64,000 nt of DNA, taken from contig CAXMWX010000003.1 in assembly GCA_963422205.2 (NCBI GenBank), forward strand, positions 64,001 to 128,000, read 5' to 3'. The notes below the pieces were generated by a model that ran no database searches, was not told the DNA's origin, and worked only from the letters and a program-made list of their open reading frames with translations. The stretch is from Gammaproteobacteria bacterium (GTDB taxonomy: Bacteria; Pseudomonadota; Gammaproteobacteria; Eutrophobiales; Eutrophobiaceae). Made by a program: the position numbers and the translations under genes. Numbering within the stretch: position 1 is the stretch's first letter; each line of letters opens with the position of its first letter. Positions 12,578 to 21,948 of this stretch are shown here, piece by piece.

Positions 12578-12865
12578 TTATTCAATAACGCCCATGATGT
12601 CGTCTTCACGCATCACCAGCAGTTCTTCACCATCGACTTTGACCTCGGTGCCGGAATATTTCCCGAACAGGATCTTATCGCCCGCTTTGACATCCAGCCC
12701 CCGAACCTCGCCGTTATCCAGCAGCTTGCCGTTGCCCACAGCGATGATCTCGCCCTGGATTGGCTTCTCGGTGGCACTGTCGGGGATGACGATGCCGCCT
12801 GGCGAGGTTTTCTCCTCCTCCAGACGCCGCACGATCACCCGATCATGTAAAGGACGTATTTTCAT
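12578..12865 (-). CDS. groES: Co-chaperonin GroES
   Basis: [10 protein letters not shown]...GGIVIPD. Confidence 0.99.
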   Translation of the reverse strand: MKIRPLHDRVIVRRLEEEKTSPGGIVIPDSATEKPIQGEIIAVGNGKLLDNGEVRGLDVKAGDKILFGKYSGTEVKVDGEELLVMREDDIMGVIE

Positions 12866-12919
12866 CTCACAACCTCCTATTAGCTAATTGATTGAATTAT
12901 AAGGATTTACTGATTTTTG

Positions 12920-12946
12920 TTAGCACTCTTGTCGAGTGAGTGCTAG
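12920..12946. promoter_or_regulatory. CIRCE element of groESL
   Basis: TTAGCACTC-ttgtcgagt-GAGTGCTAG (17/18 match); sigma70-like -35 TTGACT (12970-12975) and -10 TATATT (12948-12953) on the minus strand just upstream. Confidence 0.92.
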
Positions 12947-13115
12947 AAATATAGTGATTTTTTTTGTAAAGTCAACCTTGCTGGCAATATAAAACTTCTG
13001 AGGCGATATCCGCAGGCCAATATCAGCGGAAATTTTGCGGCTTCTATGCTGGCAGATTTGGGCGACAGCGATTATCATACGAGAATAGGCAAAACCTTAT
13101 TTAAGGAGACAGTGA

Positions 13116-13319
13116 ATGGCGATACCTGTTGATCCGGCCGAGCCGGGCAAGAAAACCTCAGATATTGTCGGGCCGATGAGCGATGAGGCGACGGTGAAAA
13201 TGGAATTACTCGATGCGGCGTGTTACTGGAACGGTCAGGAATTTCAAAAAGGCGATCAAATTGAGGCGGCTGGCGTTTGCTATGAATGCGGCTTTGGGCA
13301 CTGGATAAAGGTTGAATAA
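13116..13319 (+). CDS. Small Cys-containing hypothetical protein (67 aa)
   Basis: Good RBS AAGGAGA; fills the intergenic gap; CYWNG...F..GD...CYEC..G.W pattern. Confidence 0.7.
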   Translation: MAIPVDPAEPGKKTSDIVGPMSDEATVKMELLDAACYWNGQEFQKGDQIEAAGVCYECGFGHWIKVE

Positions 13320-13351
13320 CAGAGTTTTCTATCGGCTTCGGTAGCGGGTTT

Positions 13352-13930
13352 TTACGCTCGGTCGTTTTCAGGCTTGGCATGTAAGGTATAACCCGCAGCA
13401 TCCCGGATAATATCCCCCGTATGTAATTGATAACTCCCCTGCTGTCTGTCTGCATAAAAACAATCCAGGGTGTATTTAATGGTCGGAAATGCCAGCTTCC
13501 CCCACGGAATATCCTCTTCCCGATACAGTACCACGGCATGGCTTTCAGCACCGGGATGCGCCGTCTCGTTCAGCAGGCGGCTGCGAAACATCATATACAC
13601 CTGGCCGACATGGGGCAGATTGAATACCGTAAACAGCTGTAATTGATCGACCCGGGCATTCGCCTCCTCCAGGGTTTCACGCACAGCGGCCTGCTCTGTG
13701 GTCTCGCCCAGTTCCATAAACCCGGCGGGCAGTGTCCAGTAATTCTCACGTGGTGCGATCGCCCGTTTGCACAACAGGATGCGATCATCGTACACAGGCA
13801 GACAGCCGGCGATAATCTTGGGATTTTGGTAGTGAACCCGCTCACAGGCGATACAGACATGGCGCAGACGATTATCATTGGCGGGGATTTTCTGGACAAT
13901 ATCAGCACCACAAGCGCTACAGTAATTCAT
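13352..13930 (-). CDS. NUDIX hydrolase with N-terminal zinc ribbon
   Basis: CSACG...CIAC...YQNPK; Nudix box GFMELGETTEQAAVRETLEEA. Confidence 0.93.
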   Translation of the reverse strand: MNYCSACGADIVQKIPANDNRLRHVCIACERVHYQNPKIIAGCLPVYDDRILLCKRAIAPRENYWTLPAGFMELGETTEQAAVRETLEEANARVDQLQLFTVFNLPHVGQVYMMFRSRLLNETAHPGAESHAVVLYREEDIPWGKLAFPTIKYTLDCFYADRQQGSYQLHTGDIIRDAAGYTLHAKPENDRA

Positions 13931-14547
13931 TCCCCCGGCCTTTTCAGCAACGGTTGTATATCATCCCAGACATTATTGAGCATAACGAGCTGTGCTTTAG
14001 CGGTTGGGTGCAGCCGGTCTGCCTGCATCAGATCAGGCCGGGCGATTAGCTCTTCCATGACAAACCGGGTCAACTGTATGGCATGAGAGGCCGCCAGCCT
14101 GCTGTAGATTTCCCTGAATCTGCTGTTATAAACCGCACCGTAATTCGGCGGCAGCTGCATTTGCACCAGCACCACCTCACACCCAGCCGCCTGCAGGGTT
14201 TCGATGATATGGCGCAGGTTGGTCTCTATCTCCAGCAACGATATGCCCCTCAGCCCATCATTACCGCCCAGTGCTATAATCGCGATATCCACCCGGTTGT
14301 CAGCAAGAATGCCCGGCAGGCGCACCGCACCGCCTCGGGTCGTCTCGCCGCTGATACTGGCATTTATAATGGTGTAATTGTACTCTTGCTGTATCAGGCG
14401 CTGCCGAAGTTCAGACACCCAGCTTGCTTCAAGCGGCATACCATAACCGGCACTCAGGCTATCGCCCAGTATCAGCATCACTCGCTGCTCGGCACCCGCC
14501 ACCGAGCAACCGGCTAACAACAGTAACCATAAATAACGATATAACAT
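13927..14547 (-). CDS. tesA: Arylesterase / acyl-CoA thioesterase I (SGNH)
   Basis: GDSLSAG, NASISG, LGGNDG, DRLHP; signal peptide from ATG 14547. Confidence 0.9.
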   Translation of the reverse strand: MLYRYLWLLLLAGCSVAGAEQRVMLILGDSLSAGYGMPLEASWVSELRQRLIQQEYNYTIINASISGETTRGGAVRLPGILADNRVDIAIIALGGNDGLRGISLLEIETNLRHIIETLQAAGCEVVLVQMQLPPNYGAVYNSRFREIYSRLAASHAIQLTRFVMEELIARPDLMQADRLHPTAKAQLVMLNNVWDDIQPLLKRPGE

Positions 14548-15262
14548 GAACCACTCCTCAACGTATATTTTGCAGGCAGAGCAACTGGTTAAGCAAGTCG
14601 ACAGTCCGGCCGGCCGGCTGACCATACTCGATAATGTGAGTCTACAGCTAAAAAAAGGCGACACGCTGGCGATAATCGGCGTCTCCGGCTCCGGTAAATC
14701 CACGTTGCTCGGCATCCTGGCGGGGCTGGATTTGCCCAGTTCAGGCAAAGTCCTCATGCACGACACCGAGCTGGGCTCGCTGAGCGAGGATGGGCGGGCA
14801 AGGCTGCGTAATCAACGGGTGGGCTTTGTGTTTCAGTCGTTTCAACTGCTGGCCAGCATGACCGCCCTGGAAAATGTCATGCTGCCGTTGGAGTTAAGCG
14901 GCAGGGAAGATGCCGAAGAGACTGCCCGGAGCCAGCTTGCGGAGGTTGGCCTTGGGCATCGGCTGGCACATTACCCCAACCAATTATCCGGCGGCGAGCA
15001 ACAACGGGTTGCCATCGCCCGGGCCTTTGCCGGTAAGCCGGAGATACTGTTCGCCGATGAGCCGACCGGCAACCTTGACCAGGACACCGCCGGGCAGATC
15101 ATTGATTTGTTATTTACGCTCAACCGTAACCAGCAGACGACCCTGGTGATGGTCACCCATGACCCGGCCATCGCTGAACACTGCACCAGGACGCTGACCC
15201 TGGCGGGCGGGCGGATTGTCTCTCAATCTCATCCGGCCCACTCCCGCCCGGATGCCGCCTGA
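14546..15262 (+). CDS. ybbA: ABC transporter ATP-binding protein YbbA
   Basis: GVSGSGKS, LSGGEQQRV, ADEPTGNLD; divergent from tesA. Confidence 0.9.
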   Translation: MNHSSTYILQAEQLVKQVDSPAGRLTILDNVSLQLKKGDTLAIIGVSGSGKSTLLGILAGLDLPSSGKVLMHDTELGSLSEDGRARLRNQRVGFVFQSFQLLASMTALENVMLPLELSGREDAEETARSQLAEVGLGHRLAHYPNQLSGGEQQRVAIARAFAGKPEILFADEPTGNLDQDTAGQIIDLLFTLNRNQQTTLVMVTHDPAIAEHCTRTLTLAGGRIVSQSHPAHSRPDAA

Positions 15263-15263
15263 T

Positions 15264-17741
15264 ATGCTGTTAGTCAAGCTCGCCTTAAACAGCCTTCGGC
15301 GTGACTGGCGCTCCGGCGAGTTGCGATTGATGGCACTTGCCTTGCTGGTGGCAACGGCCAGCTACACCACAGTCGCCTTTTTTACTGATCGGGTGAACAA
15401 GGCCACAAAAATGCAGGCGACTGAACTGCTGGCGGCCGACCTGGTCGTCGCCTCGCCTGAGCCGATTACACAGCAACTCATCGATCAGGCCACCGCACTG
15501 GGATTGCAATCTGCCCGCAGCATCACGTTTCGCAGCATGATTGTGGTTGGTGAGCGGCTGGAGTTGGCTGAGGTTAAAGCCGTTGGCACAGCATACCCGC
15601 TAAGGGGCCGGATGCGGATCTCAACCGGCCTGTTCTCGCCTGAAATCAGCACCGATCGCATACCGGCAGCCGGTCAGGTCTGGCCTGATACACGCTTGTT
15701 TCAGCTACTCAAGCTGTACCCGGATGATGTGGTCTCGGTTGGCGCCAGCCGCCTGCAAGCCAGCAAGGTGCTTACCTATGAGCCTGATCGTGGCGGTGAT
15801 ATGTTTGCCATTGCCCCGCGCCTGTTGATGAACATTGCAGATCTGGAGGCCACTGAACTCCTGGTATCGGGCAGCCGGGCGAGACACAAGCTGCTGCTGG
15901 CCGGCGAGGCGGCGGCGATTGACAGATTCCGGGCGCTAGTCACACAGGACCCCGGCTTGACAATCCAGGGGATCCGCGATGCCCGACCGGAGTTACGTAC
16001 CGCACTTGACCGGGCAGAGCAGTTTCTTGGTTTGGCGGTGCTGGTCAGCGTTGCGCTGGCCGGGCTGGCCATTGCCATGTCTGCCCAGCGCTACGCCAAT
16101 CGCCATATCGACCACTGTGCATTGATGCGCTGCTTTGGCATTCAGCAGCACGCCATCGCTGTGCTGTATTTCTCACAACTGTTTATCCTGGCGCTGTTGT
16201 TCAGCCTGCTTGGGGTGATGTTGGGTTTTCTCGGTCAATACGGTTTATCCGAAATTATGCTGACGCTGGTGGCCACCCCATTGCCCGCCCCCTCGCTCAT
16301 GCCGTTGTTATATGGTGTGCTGGTGGGCATCATCACCACCACCGGCTTTGCCGCACCGCAACTGGTGAGCCTGCTTAAAGTGCCGCCCTTACGAGTCCTG
16401 CAAAGACACCTGGAGGCGCCGCGGATCAGTAACCGCCTGATTTACGTTGCCGCGGCAGGCGCACTTGCCCTGCTGATCCCATGGCAGTCGGGCAATGTGA
16501 AAATGACGGCTTATGGTTTTGCCGGCATGGTGGCTACTGTGGTGCTGTTGTTTGTCTTCGCCCGGCTGCTGATCAGGCAACTGGGTAGACTGCGTAAGCG
16601 ATTAGGCATTGCGATCAAGTTTGGTCTGGCAAATATTGCCCGGCGTGCCGGCATCAGCACGGTGCAGATCTTAAGCATCGGGCTGGGGCTGACTGTGCTG
16701 ACCCTGCTGACCCTGATTCGCACCGATTTGCTGGCTAACTGGCGCGCAAAACTGCCGGCTGACACGCCTAACTATTTCCTTATCAACATTCAACCTGAAG
16801 AGGTTGACCAGCTACGGGCCTTTATTCACCAGCGCACGGGGATTAAGGTGGCCACCAAGCCGATGATCAGAGGCCGATTGTTGACCATTAATGATACGCC
16901 AGTCAGTGCGGATGACTACGATGATGCGCGTGCAAAACGCCTGGTGAACCGGGTGTTTAACCTGTCGATAGCGGCCGAGCTACAGGCAGATAACCGATTG
17001 GTTGCCGGGCAATGGTGGGGGGAGACGGATGAGCATCTGTTCTCTTTTGAGGAGGGCTTTGCCGAATCATTGCGCCTTAAGATCGGCGATAAACTCAGTT
17101 TTACTATTGGCGGCAAGGAAGTCAGCGGCACGGTGCATAACCTGCGCTGGGTGGACTGGGATACGTTCAATGTGAATTTCTTTGCCGTGGCTAACCCGGG
17201 CACGCTGGATGGGCTGGCGGGTACGCATATCACCAGTGTATATCTGGATGTTGCTGACAAACCGCTGTTGGTTGAGCTGCTGGCTGCCTATCCGAGCGTT
17301 ACCGTGTTTGATGTGGATGCCATCCTCACCCAGGTACGGACTATCATGAATCAGGTGATCCATGCGATCGAATTCGTCTTTGCGTTCACCTTGCTCGCGG
17401 GTTTTATCGTGCTGCTGGCGGCATTGCAAAGCACACACGATGAACGCCGCTATGAGTCTGCTTTGCTGGCTGTGCTGGGCGGCAGTAAAACGTATATCCT
17501 TGGCAGCAGCGTCATTGAGTTCGCCTTGCTGGGTTTGATCGCCGGTGTCATCGCCGCCTTTGCTGCCATCGGCCTGGAGTGGCTGCTGGCCGAATACATC
17601 TTCAAGATCAGCATCACGCCTGATTTTCGGGCAGCGTTGATCGTGCCGTTGTTGTCCATGGGTATTGTTATCCTGGGCGGATTATCGGGGATGCGCTCGG
17701 TGTTGTCAGTGCCGCCGATAGTTACCATCAGCCGGAGGTAA
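15264..17741 (+). CDS. ybbP: ABC transporter permease YbbP (two FtsX-like halves)
   Basis: RDWRSGEL, LLAADL, PNYFLINIQP, LRWVDW; start approximate. Confidence 0.88.
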   Translation: MLLVKLALNSLRRDWRSGELRLMALALLVATASYTTVAFFTDRVNKATKMQATELLAADLVVASPEPITQQLIDQATALGLQSARSITFRSMIVVGERLELAEVKAVGTAYPLRGRMRISTGLFSPEISTDRIPAAGQVWPDTRLFQLLKLYPDDVVSVGASRLQASKVLTYEPDRGGDMFAIAPRLLMNIADLEATELLVSGSRARHKLLLAGEAAAIDRFRALVTQDPGLTIQGIRDARPELRTALDRAEQFLGLAVLVSVALAGLAIAMSAQRYANRHIDHCALMRCFGIQQHAIAVLYFSQLFILALLFSLLGVMLGFLGQYGLSEIMLTLVATPLPAPSLMPLLYGVLVGIITTTGFAAPQLVSLLKVPPLRVLQRHLEAPRISNRLIYVAAAGALALLIPWQSGNVKMTAYGFAGMVATVVLLFVFARLLIRQLGRLRKRLGIAIKFGLANIARRAGISTVQILSIGLGLTVLTLLTLIRTDLLANWRAKLPADTPNYFLINIQPEEVDQLRAFIHQRTGIKVATKPMIRGRLLTINDTPVSADDYDDARAKRLVNRVFNLSIAAELQADNRLVAGQWWGETDEHLFSFEEGFAESLRLKIGDKLSFTIGGKEVSGTVHNLRWVDWDTFNVNFFAVANPGTLDGLAGTHITSVYLDVADKPLLVELLAAYPSVTVFDVDAILTQVRTIMNQVIHAIEFVFAFTLLAGFIVLLAALQSTHDERRYESALLAVLGGSKTYILGSSVIEFALLGLIAGVIAAFAAIGLEWLLAEYIFKISITPDFRAALIVPLLSMGIVILGGLSGMRSVLSVPPIVTISRR

Positions 17742-17742
17742 G

Positions 17743-18042
17743 GTGGCGGAGAAGCTCTTTTTCTGTGATTTTCGTGTGCTGGTCCAGCAGCATTACCATG
17801 CGCTGGCAGCACAGGCGCCCGAAGCACACAGCACGCACTGGTTTTTGTTAAGGTATGTTAGAAGGATTGTCCGCTCCTGTGAACAGCCAGCAGCGCCCTG
17901 GCGGGTGGAAAGCGCGATAAAATCCATGCTCCGGTTTTATGTCGATAATATTGATGAGCAATCAGAGCAGGGCGAGCGTTGCCGGCAAGTCTACCAGGCA
18001 TATAAAAAAACCGTACGGCAGAGCCAGGAAGCCGAATATTGA
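17743..18042 (+). CDS. Hypothetical protein (99 aa)
   Basis: GTG start 1 nt after the ybbP stop; co-oriented. Confidence 0.55.
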   Translation: MAEKLFFCDFRVLVQQHYHALAAQAPEAHSTHWFLLRYVRRIVRSCEQPAAPWRVESAIKSMLRFYVDNIDEQSEQGERCRQVYQAYKKTVRQSQEAEY

Positions 18043-18157
18043 CTGGCCGGACAGCGGCCTTCCTCACCGCCCTCTCACCCGCCGCATCACCATAGAGGGA
18101 GCACAGCAAACCGTGTATATTGTCGCTTTATTTTGCCATCAGACCACACATCCTTAA

Positions 18158-18805
18158 ATGAGCCAACTGCAAAACCTGCTCAATAATAACAAGGCATGGG
18201 CGGAGAGAATAACCTCGGAGGATGCGGATTTTTTTCGCCGTCTGGCCGAACAGCAACGCCCTGAATACCTGTGGATAGGCTGTAGCGACAGCCGTGTGCC
18301 GGCAAGCCAGGTGGTTGATCTTAAGCCCGGCGATGTGTTTGTGCATAGAAATATCGCCAATCTTGTGCAGACCAGTGATGTGAACTGTCAGGCCGTCATA
18401 CAGTTCGCCGTTGAAACCCTCAAGGTCAAACATATCATCGTTTGTGGTCATTATGGCTGCGGGGGTGTGCTGGCTGCCATGCAGCCGGAATCCGGTGGGC
18501 TGGTGGATTATTGGGTCTGGAGCATCAAGCTCACCCGACAAAAACATGCACACTGGTTTAACATGCTGCCGAAAGACAAGCAGCCCGATGTGCTGTGCGA
18601 GTTAAATGTGATTGAACAGGCAGTCGTGCTTTCACAAAACAAGATCATCCAGCGTCACTGGCTGGCCGGCCAGGCATTGTATCTGCACGCCTGGATTTAC
18701 CGCATCCATGATGGGCATCTGTGCGATCTGGATTTTAACTGCGGGCCTGGAGAGGATCCCGACACCGCCTATCAGGCGGCCATAGCCAAAATTAAACATG
18801 CCTGA
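18158..18805 (+). CDS. can: Beta-class carbonic anhydrase
   Basis: WIGCSDSRVP, HRNIAN, CGHYGCGG. Confidence 0.96.
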   Translation: MSQLQNLLNNNKAWAERITSEDADFFRRLAEQQRPEYLWIGCSDSRVPASQVVDLKPGDVFVHRNIANLVQTSDVNCQAVIQFAVETLKVKHIIVCGHYGCGGVLAAMQPESGGLVDYWVWSIKLTRQKHAHWFNMLPKDKQPDVLCELNVIEQAVVLSQNKIIQRHWLAGQALYLHAWIYRIHDGHLCDLDFNCGPGEDPDTAYQAAIAKIKHA

Positions 18806-19898
18806 ATTTACCGGCCCTGAATTTTCTGGCGATGGGCGGTATGATCATGCCGCACCGGCACGCATTGGCATCCTGCTCACCAATCTCGGCACACCCACTG
18901 CGCCCACCAGTGCCGCATTACGCACTTATCTCGCTGAATTTCTGTCAGATGAGCGGGTGATTGAAGTGCCCCGGATGATATGGTGGGGCATCCTGCACGG
19001 CCTTATCCTGCGGTTTCGGCCAGGCAAATCAGCCGCCATGTATAAAAAAATCTGGACTGAAAACGGCTCGCCCTTATTGCGCCTGTCTCAAAGGATAGCG
19101 ATGGCCGTTAAATCGCAATTACATGACGATAACATGGAGGTGGTGCTGGGCATGCGCTACGGTCAGCCCTCAATTGCCAGTGCGATGATCACGCTGCAAC
19201 AGGCCAACGTACAAAAATTACTGCTGCTGCCGCTGTATCCGCAATACTCGGCAACGACCACCGCATCGACTTTTGATGCCGTCAGTGCGGTGCTGCAACG
19301 CTGGCGCTGGCTGCCGGAATTACGCATGATTCGTCACTATCATACCCATGCACAATATATAGCGGCACTGGTGAAAAGCATTCGCCTGCATTGGGCGGAA
19401 CATGGCCAGCCGGATAAACTGCTGTTCTCTTTTCATGGTATTCCAGAGAGTTATTTTCTGGCAGGCGATCCCTATCACTGCGAATGTCACCACACCGCCC
19501 GGCTCATCGCCGAGCAAATGCAACTGGAAACTGACCGTTGGGCGGTGGCGTTTCAATCCCGCTTCGGCCCCAGAAAATGGCTGCAACCCTACACAGACAA
19601 GCTGTTAAGCCAATGGGGCAAATCAGGCATTGCACATGTGCAGGTGATCTGCCCGGGGTTTGCTGCCGACTGCCTGGAGACACTGGAGGAGATCAACATG
19701 CAAAACCGGCAAGTATTCCTGCAAGCGGGCGGGGAAAAATTTTCCTATATCCCGGCGCTGAACGATCATCCGCTGCATATCAAGGCCCTGTGCGGGTTGA
19801 TCGAGAAACACACGCAAGGCTGGGCAATTAATGAGACCGACACGCAGCGTGAAGAGCGGGCGGCAAGAGCGGCCCGCATGCAGGCAGCAGGCCGTTAG
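18798..19898 (+). CDS. hemH: Ferrochelatase
   Basis: LTNLGTP, PLYPQYS, FSFHGIP, FQSRFG, DCLETLEE. Confidence 0.97.
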   Translation: MPEFTGPEFSGDGRYDHAAPARIGILLTNLGTPTAPTSAALRTYLAEFLSDERVIEVPRMIWWGILHGLILRFRPGKSAAMYKKIWTENGSPLLRLSQRIAMAVKSQLHDDNMEVVLGMRYGQPSIASAMITLQQANVQKLLLLPLYPQYSATTTASTFDAVSAVLQRWRWLPELRMIRHYHTHAQYIAALVKSIRLHWAEHGQPDKLLFSFHGIPESYFLAGDPYHCECHHTARLIAEQMQLETDRWAVAFQSRFGPRKWLQPYTDKLLSQWGKSGIAHVQVICPGFAADCLETLEEINMQNRQVFLQAGGEKFSYIPALNDHPLHIKALCGLIEKHTQGWAINETDTQREERAARAARMQAAGR

Positions 19899-19948
19899 CC
19901 TGGCTAGTGTAAGGGCATCAAGGATTATCCGAGGCATCTGATTACCGC

Positions 19949-20947
19949 CTATGGGCTATCTATTGGCGGCGACAGAAACGCATTGGAGGCAAAGATGGCG
20001 TGGATCATATACAGGCAGATCATCCCGTAAATGATGCGAGGGATCCATGCCGCCAACTGCTGTATACTGGCATTGACCTCGGCCCGTGCAAGTTTGCCAT
20101 AATGAATCAGGCTGGTATCCAGCCGACCGGCCTGCTCACCGCTGCGTACAAATTCGATAGCCTCATCTGTCATGTATTGATTACCAAGCAGTGCCTCTGT
20201 CAGGGTAGCGGATTGATTTTTTAGCCTGATCATCACGGGATAAAAACTCTGCTGTAGCTTTGTATTGCCCAGGGTATTGACAGATTTCGGCAACGCATCA
20301 AATACCGGAATGCCGGCCTGTAATAACAAGCCCAGATTCTCAAAAAACCGCACCAGTTCATGTTGAACACACAGCCTGCCGACCAGCGGCAGCTTCAACC
20401 ATAACGCATCTACGGCGCCCCCAAGGCCGAGGCCCCGCAGGCGACCGGTTTTTAATGCCCCCGGCAACCTCATCAACACATAGCAAAACAAGGCGACTTT
20501 GAGCAAAAAGAAGACCGTGGCATGGAGATACCCGCCCGCATCAAGCGTACCGGTCACCAGGCTGGCGATGGGGGCGATAAACACCGCCAGGACAAACACC
20601 ACGACAGGCAGCGTCATTTTTGCCTGCATCTGCATCGCCAGCCCGTGGTACAACGCATAGTGCTCTGCCAGCCGCTTGAGTATCTGCTCCAGCTTGCCCC
20701 CATCAGTGGCCGCCTGAATCATCAGCGTATCCATGTCAGTAAACAAACCAGCGGAGGCACCGGCCACGGCAAACGGCCGACCGGCTTTCAGCTCTGCACA
20801 AACCCGGCTTAACATGGGGGTGAGCTCGGCATTGGCCGAGAGCAGCTGGCTCTGAACAGCCTGGTGCAGTGGCATCCCCGCCGCTTCCATCACCGCCAAC
20901 TGGCGAAACAGCTCAGCTTTTGCCTTCAGTAAATTCAGTTTTTTCAT
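19949..20947 (-). CDS. Type II secretion system F / PilC family inner membrane protein
   Basis: Two repeats: FRQLAVMEAAG...GKLEQIL and FFENLGLLLQAG...GEQAGRLD. Confidence 0.85.
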   Translation of the reverse strand: MKKLNLLKAKAELFRQLAVMEAAGMPLHQAVQSQLLSANAELTPMLSRVCAELKAGRPFAVAGASAGLFTDMDTLMIQAATDGGKLEQILKRLAEHYALYHGLAMQMQAKMTLPVVVFVLAVFIAPIASLVTGTLDAGGYLHATVFFLLKVALFCYVLMRLPGALKTGRLRGLGLGGAVDALWLKLPLVGRLCVQHELVRFFENLGLLLQAGIPVFDALPKSVNTLGNTKLQQSFYPVMIRLKNQSATLTEALLGNQYMTDEAIEFVRSGEQAGRLDTSLIHYGKLARAEVNASIQQLAAWIPRIIYGMICLYMIHAIFASNAFLSPPIDSP

Positions 20948-21425
20948 GGCCTTGCCGTGGTGCGGGTTGATGTTCTCTTAACTGGCAGAAAAATATTTCC
21001 TGTTAAGGGTCTCAGGCGGGAAAGCAACATTGCCTCTCTCTCGCCCGCCCGCCGTTCAGCCCCGGGCGGGTTTTAGGACAAATGGCGCATAATCAATGGC
21101 TGGCGATTTTTCCCGCTGCCGGTTTGCCTGTCTTAACTGCTGCTCAGAACAAGCAATGACCTCCGCCAGGCTGGCAGGCCAGGCTCTGCTGTCAGCCGTG
21201 GGGAAAACGGGCGATTGAGTCTCCCCGGAATGGTCAATGGCATCAGGTACACGCACAGTATTTGACGACTTCATAAACTCAAGCCCGTTTGCACAGGCCG
21301 CTTCATGCAGCCGGCCTAAAATATTCATGTACAACACCCATCAGCAAACGCCGTTTTTAAGCCTGGCCAGCCGTTGTTATTTTTCAAGCGCTCGCTGTTC
21401 GGGCCTCTCAACCGGGCATTATATA

Positions 21426-21827
21426 TCATTGCATCGAAACCAGCCGGTTGAGTATGAGTCCAAAGAAGCGATCGCTGCCTCGAAATAACCAGCCGAGATG
21501 CTCATCACATTCCCGACAAAGCAGAACCTGCCAACGGTACTCAGGAAACCAACTGAAATCACTCACCGCCTCACCCATCGCTGTGCAACCCGGGGCCTGC
21601 TGAAAACAGCCAAATTCAAAATGAAAACCGGCGGGATTGGTACGCTGGTGGACATGCCGCCCCAGTTTCTCGATTCTAGCCTGGCTATCGGTGATGACCG
21701 CCCGACAGAGATGACACAGCAGCCGGTCCGGGCGTGAACGAGACGGCTGCCGGGCTTTTGCCGGCGCCCGCCGTGTTGCCGTCCTGCTGTCAAACAGCAA
21801 AGCGATAAAACCGGCAGGGGCAGGCAT
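21426..21827 (-). CDS. Bacterial cereblon (CULT domain) homolog
   Basis: CHLC...TNPAG...FSWFPEYRW...CREC..HLGW.F; start approximate. Confidence 0.85.
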   Translation of the reverse strand: MPAPAGFIALLFDSRTATRRAPAKARQPSRSRPDRLLCHLCRAVITDSQARIEKLGRHVHQRTNPAGFHFEFGCFQQAPGCTAMGEAVSDFSWFPEYRWQVLLCRECDEHLGWLFRGSDRFFGLILNRLVSMQ

Positions 21828-21948
21828 TTCAATTAAGCTGAATTTTAGCATCAGACCATGATTCTCATGTTTCAAGTATAGCCGTATTTTCAGGCAGGTC
21901 ATTGCATGACAACATTCCGCAGCGCTTCTTGCCCATGACAATGATATA

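Noticed and set aside
21056-21337. 93-aa ORF upstream of the GspF-like gene
   Set aside because: No recognisable motif or clear RBS; it could be real but is unsupported
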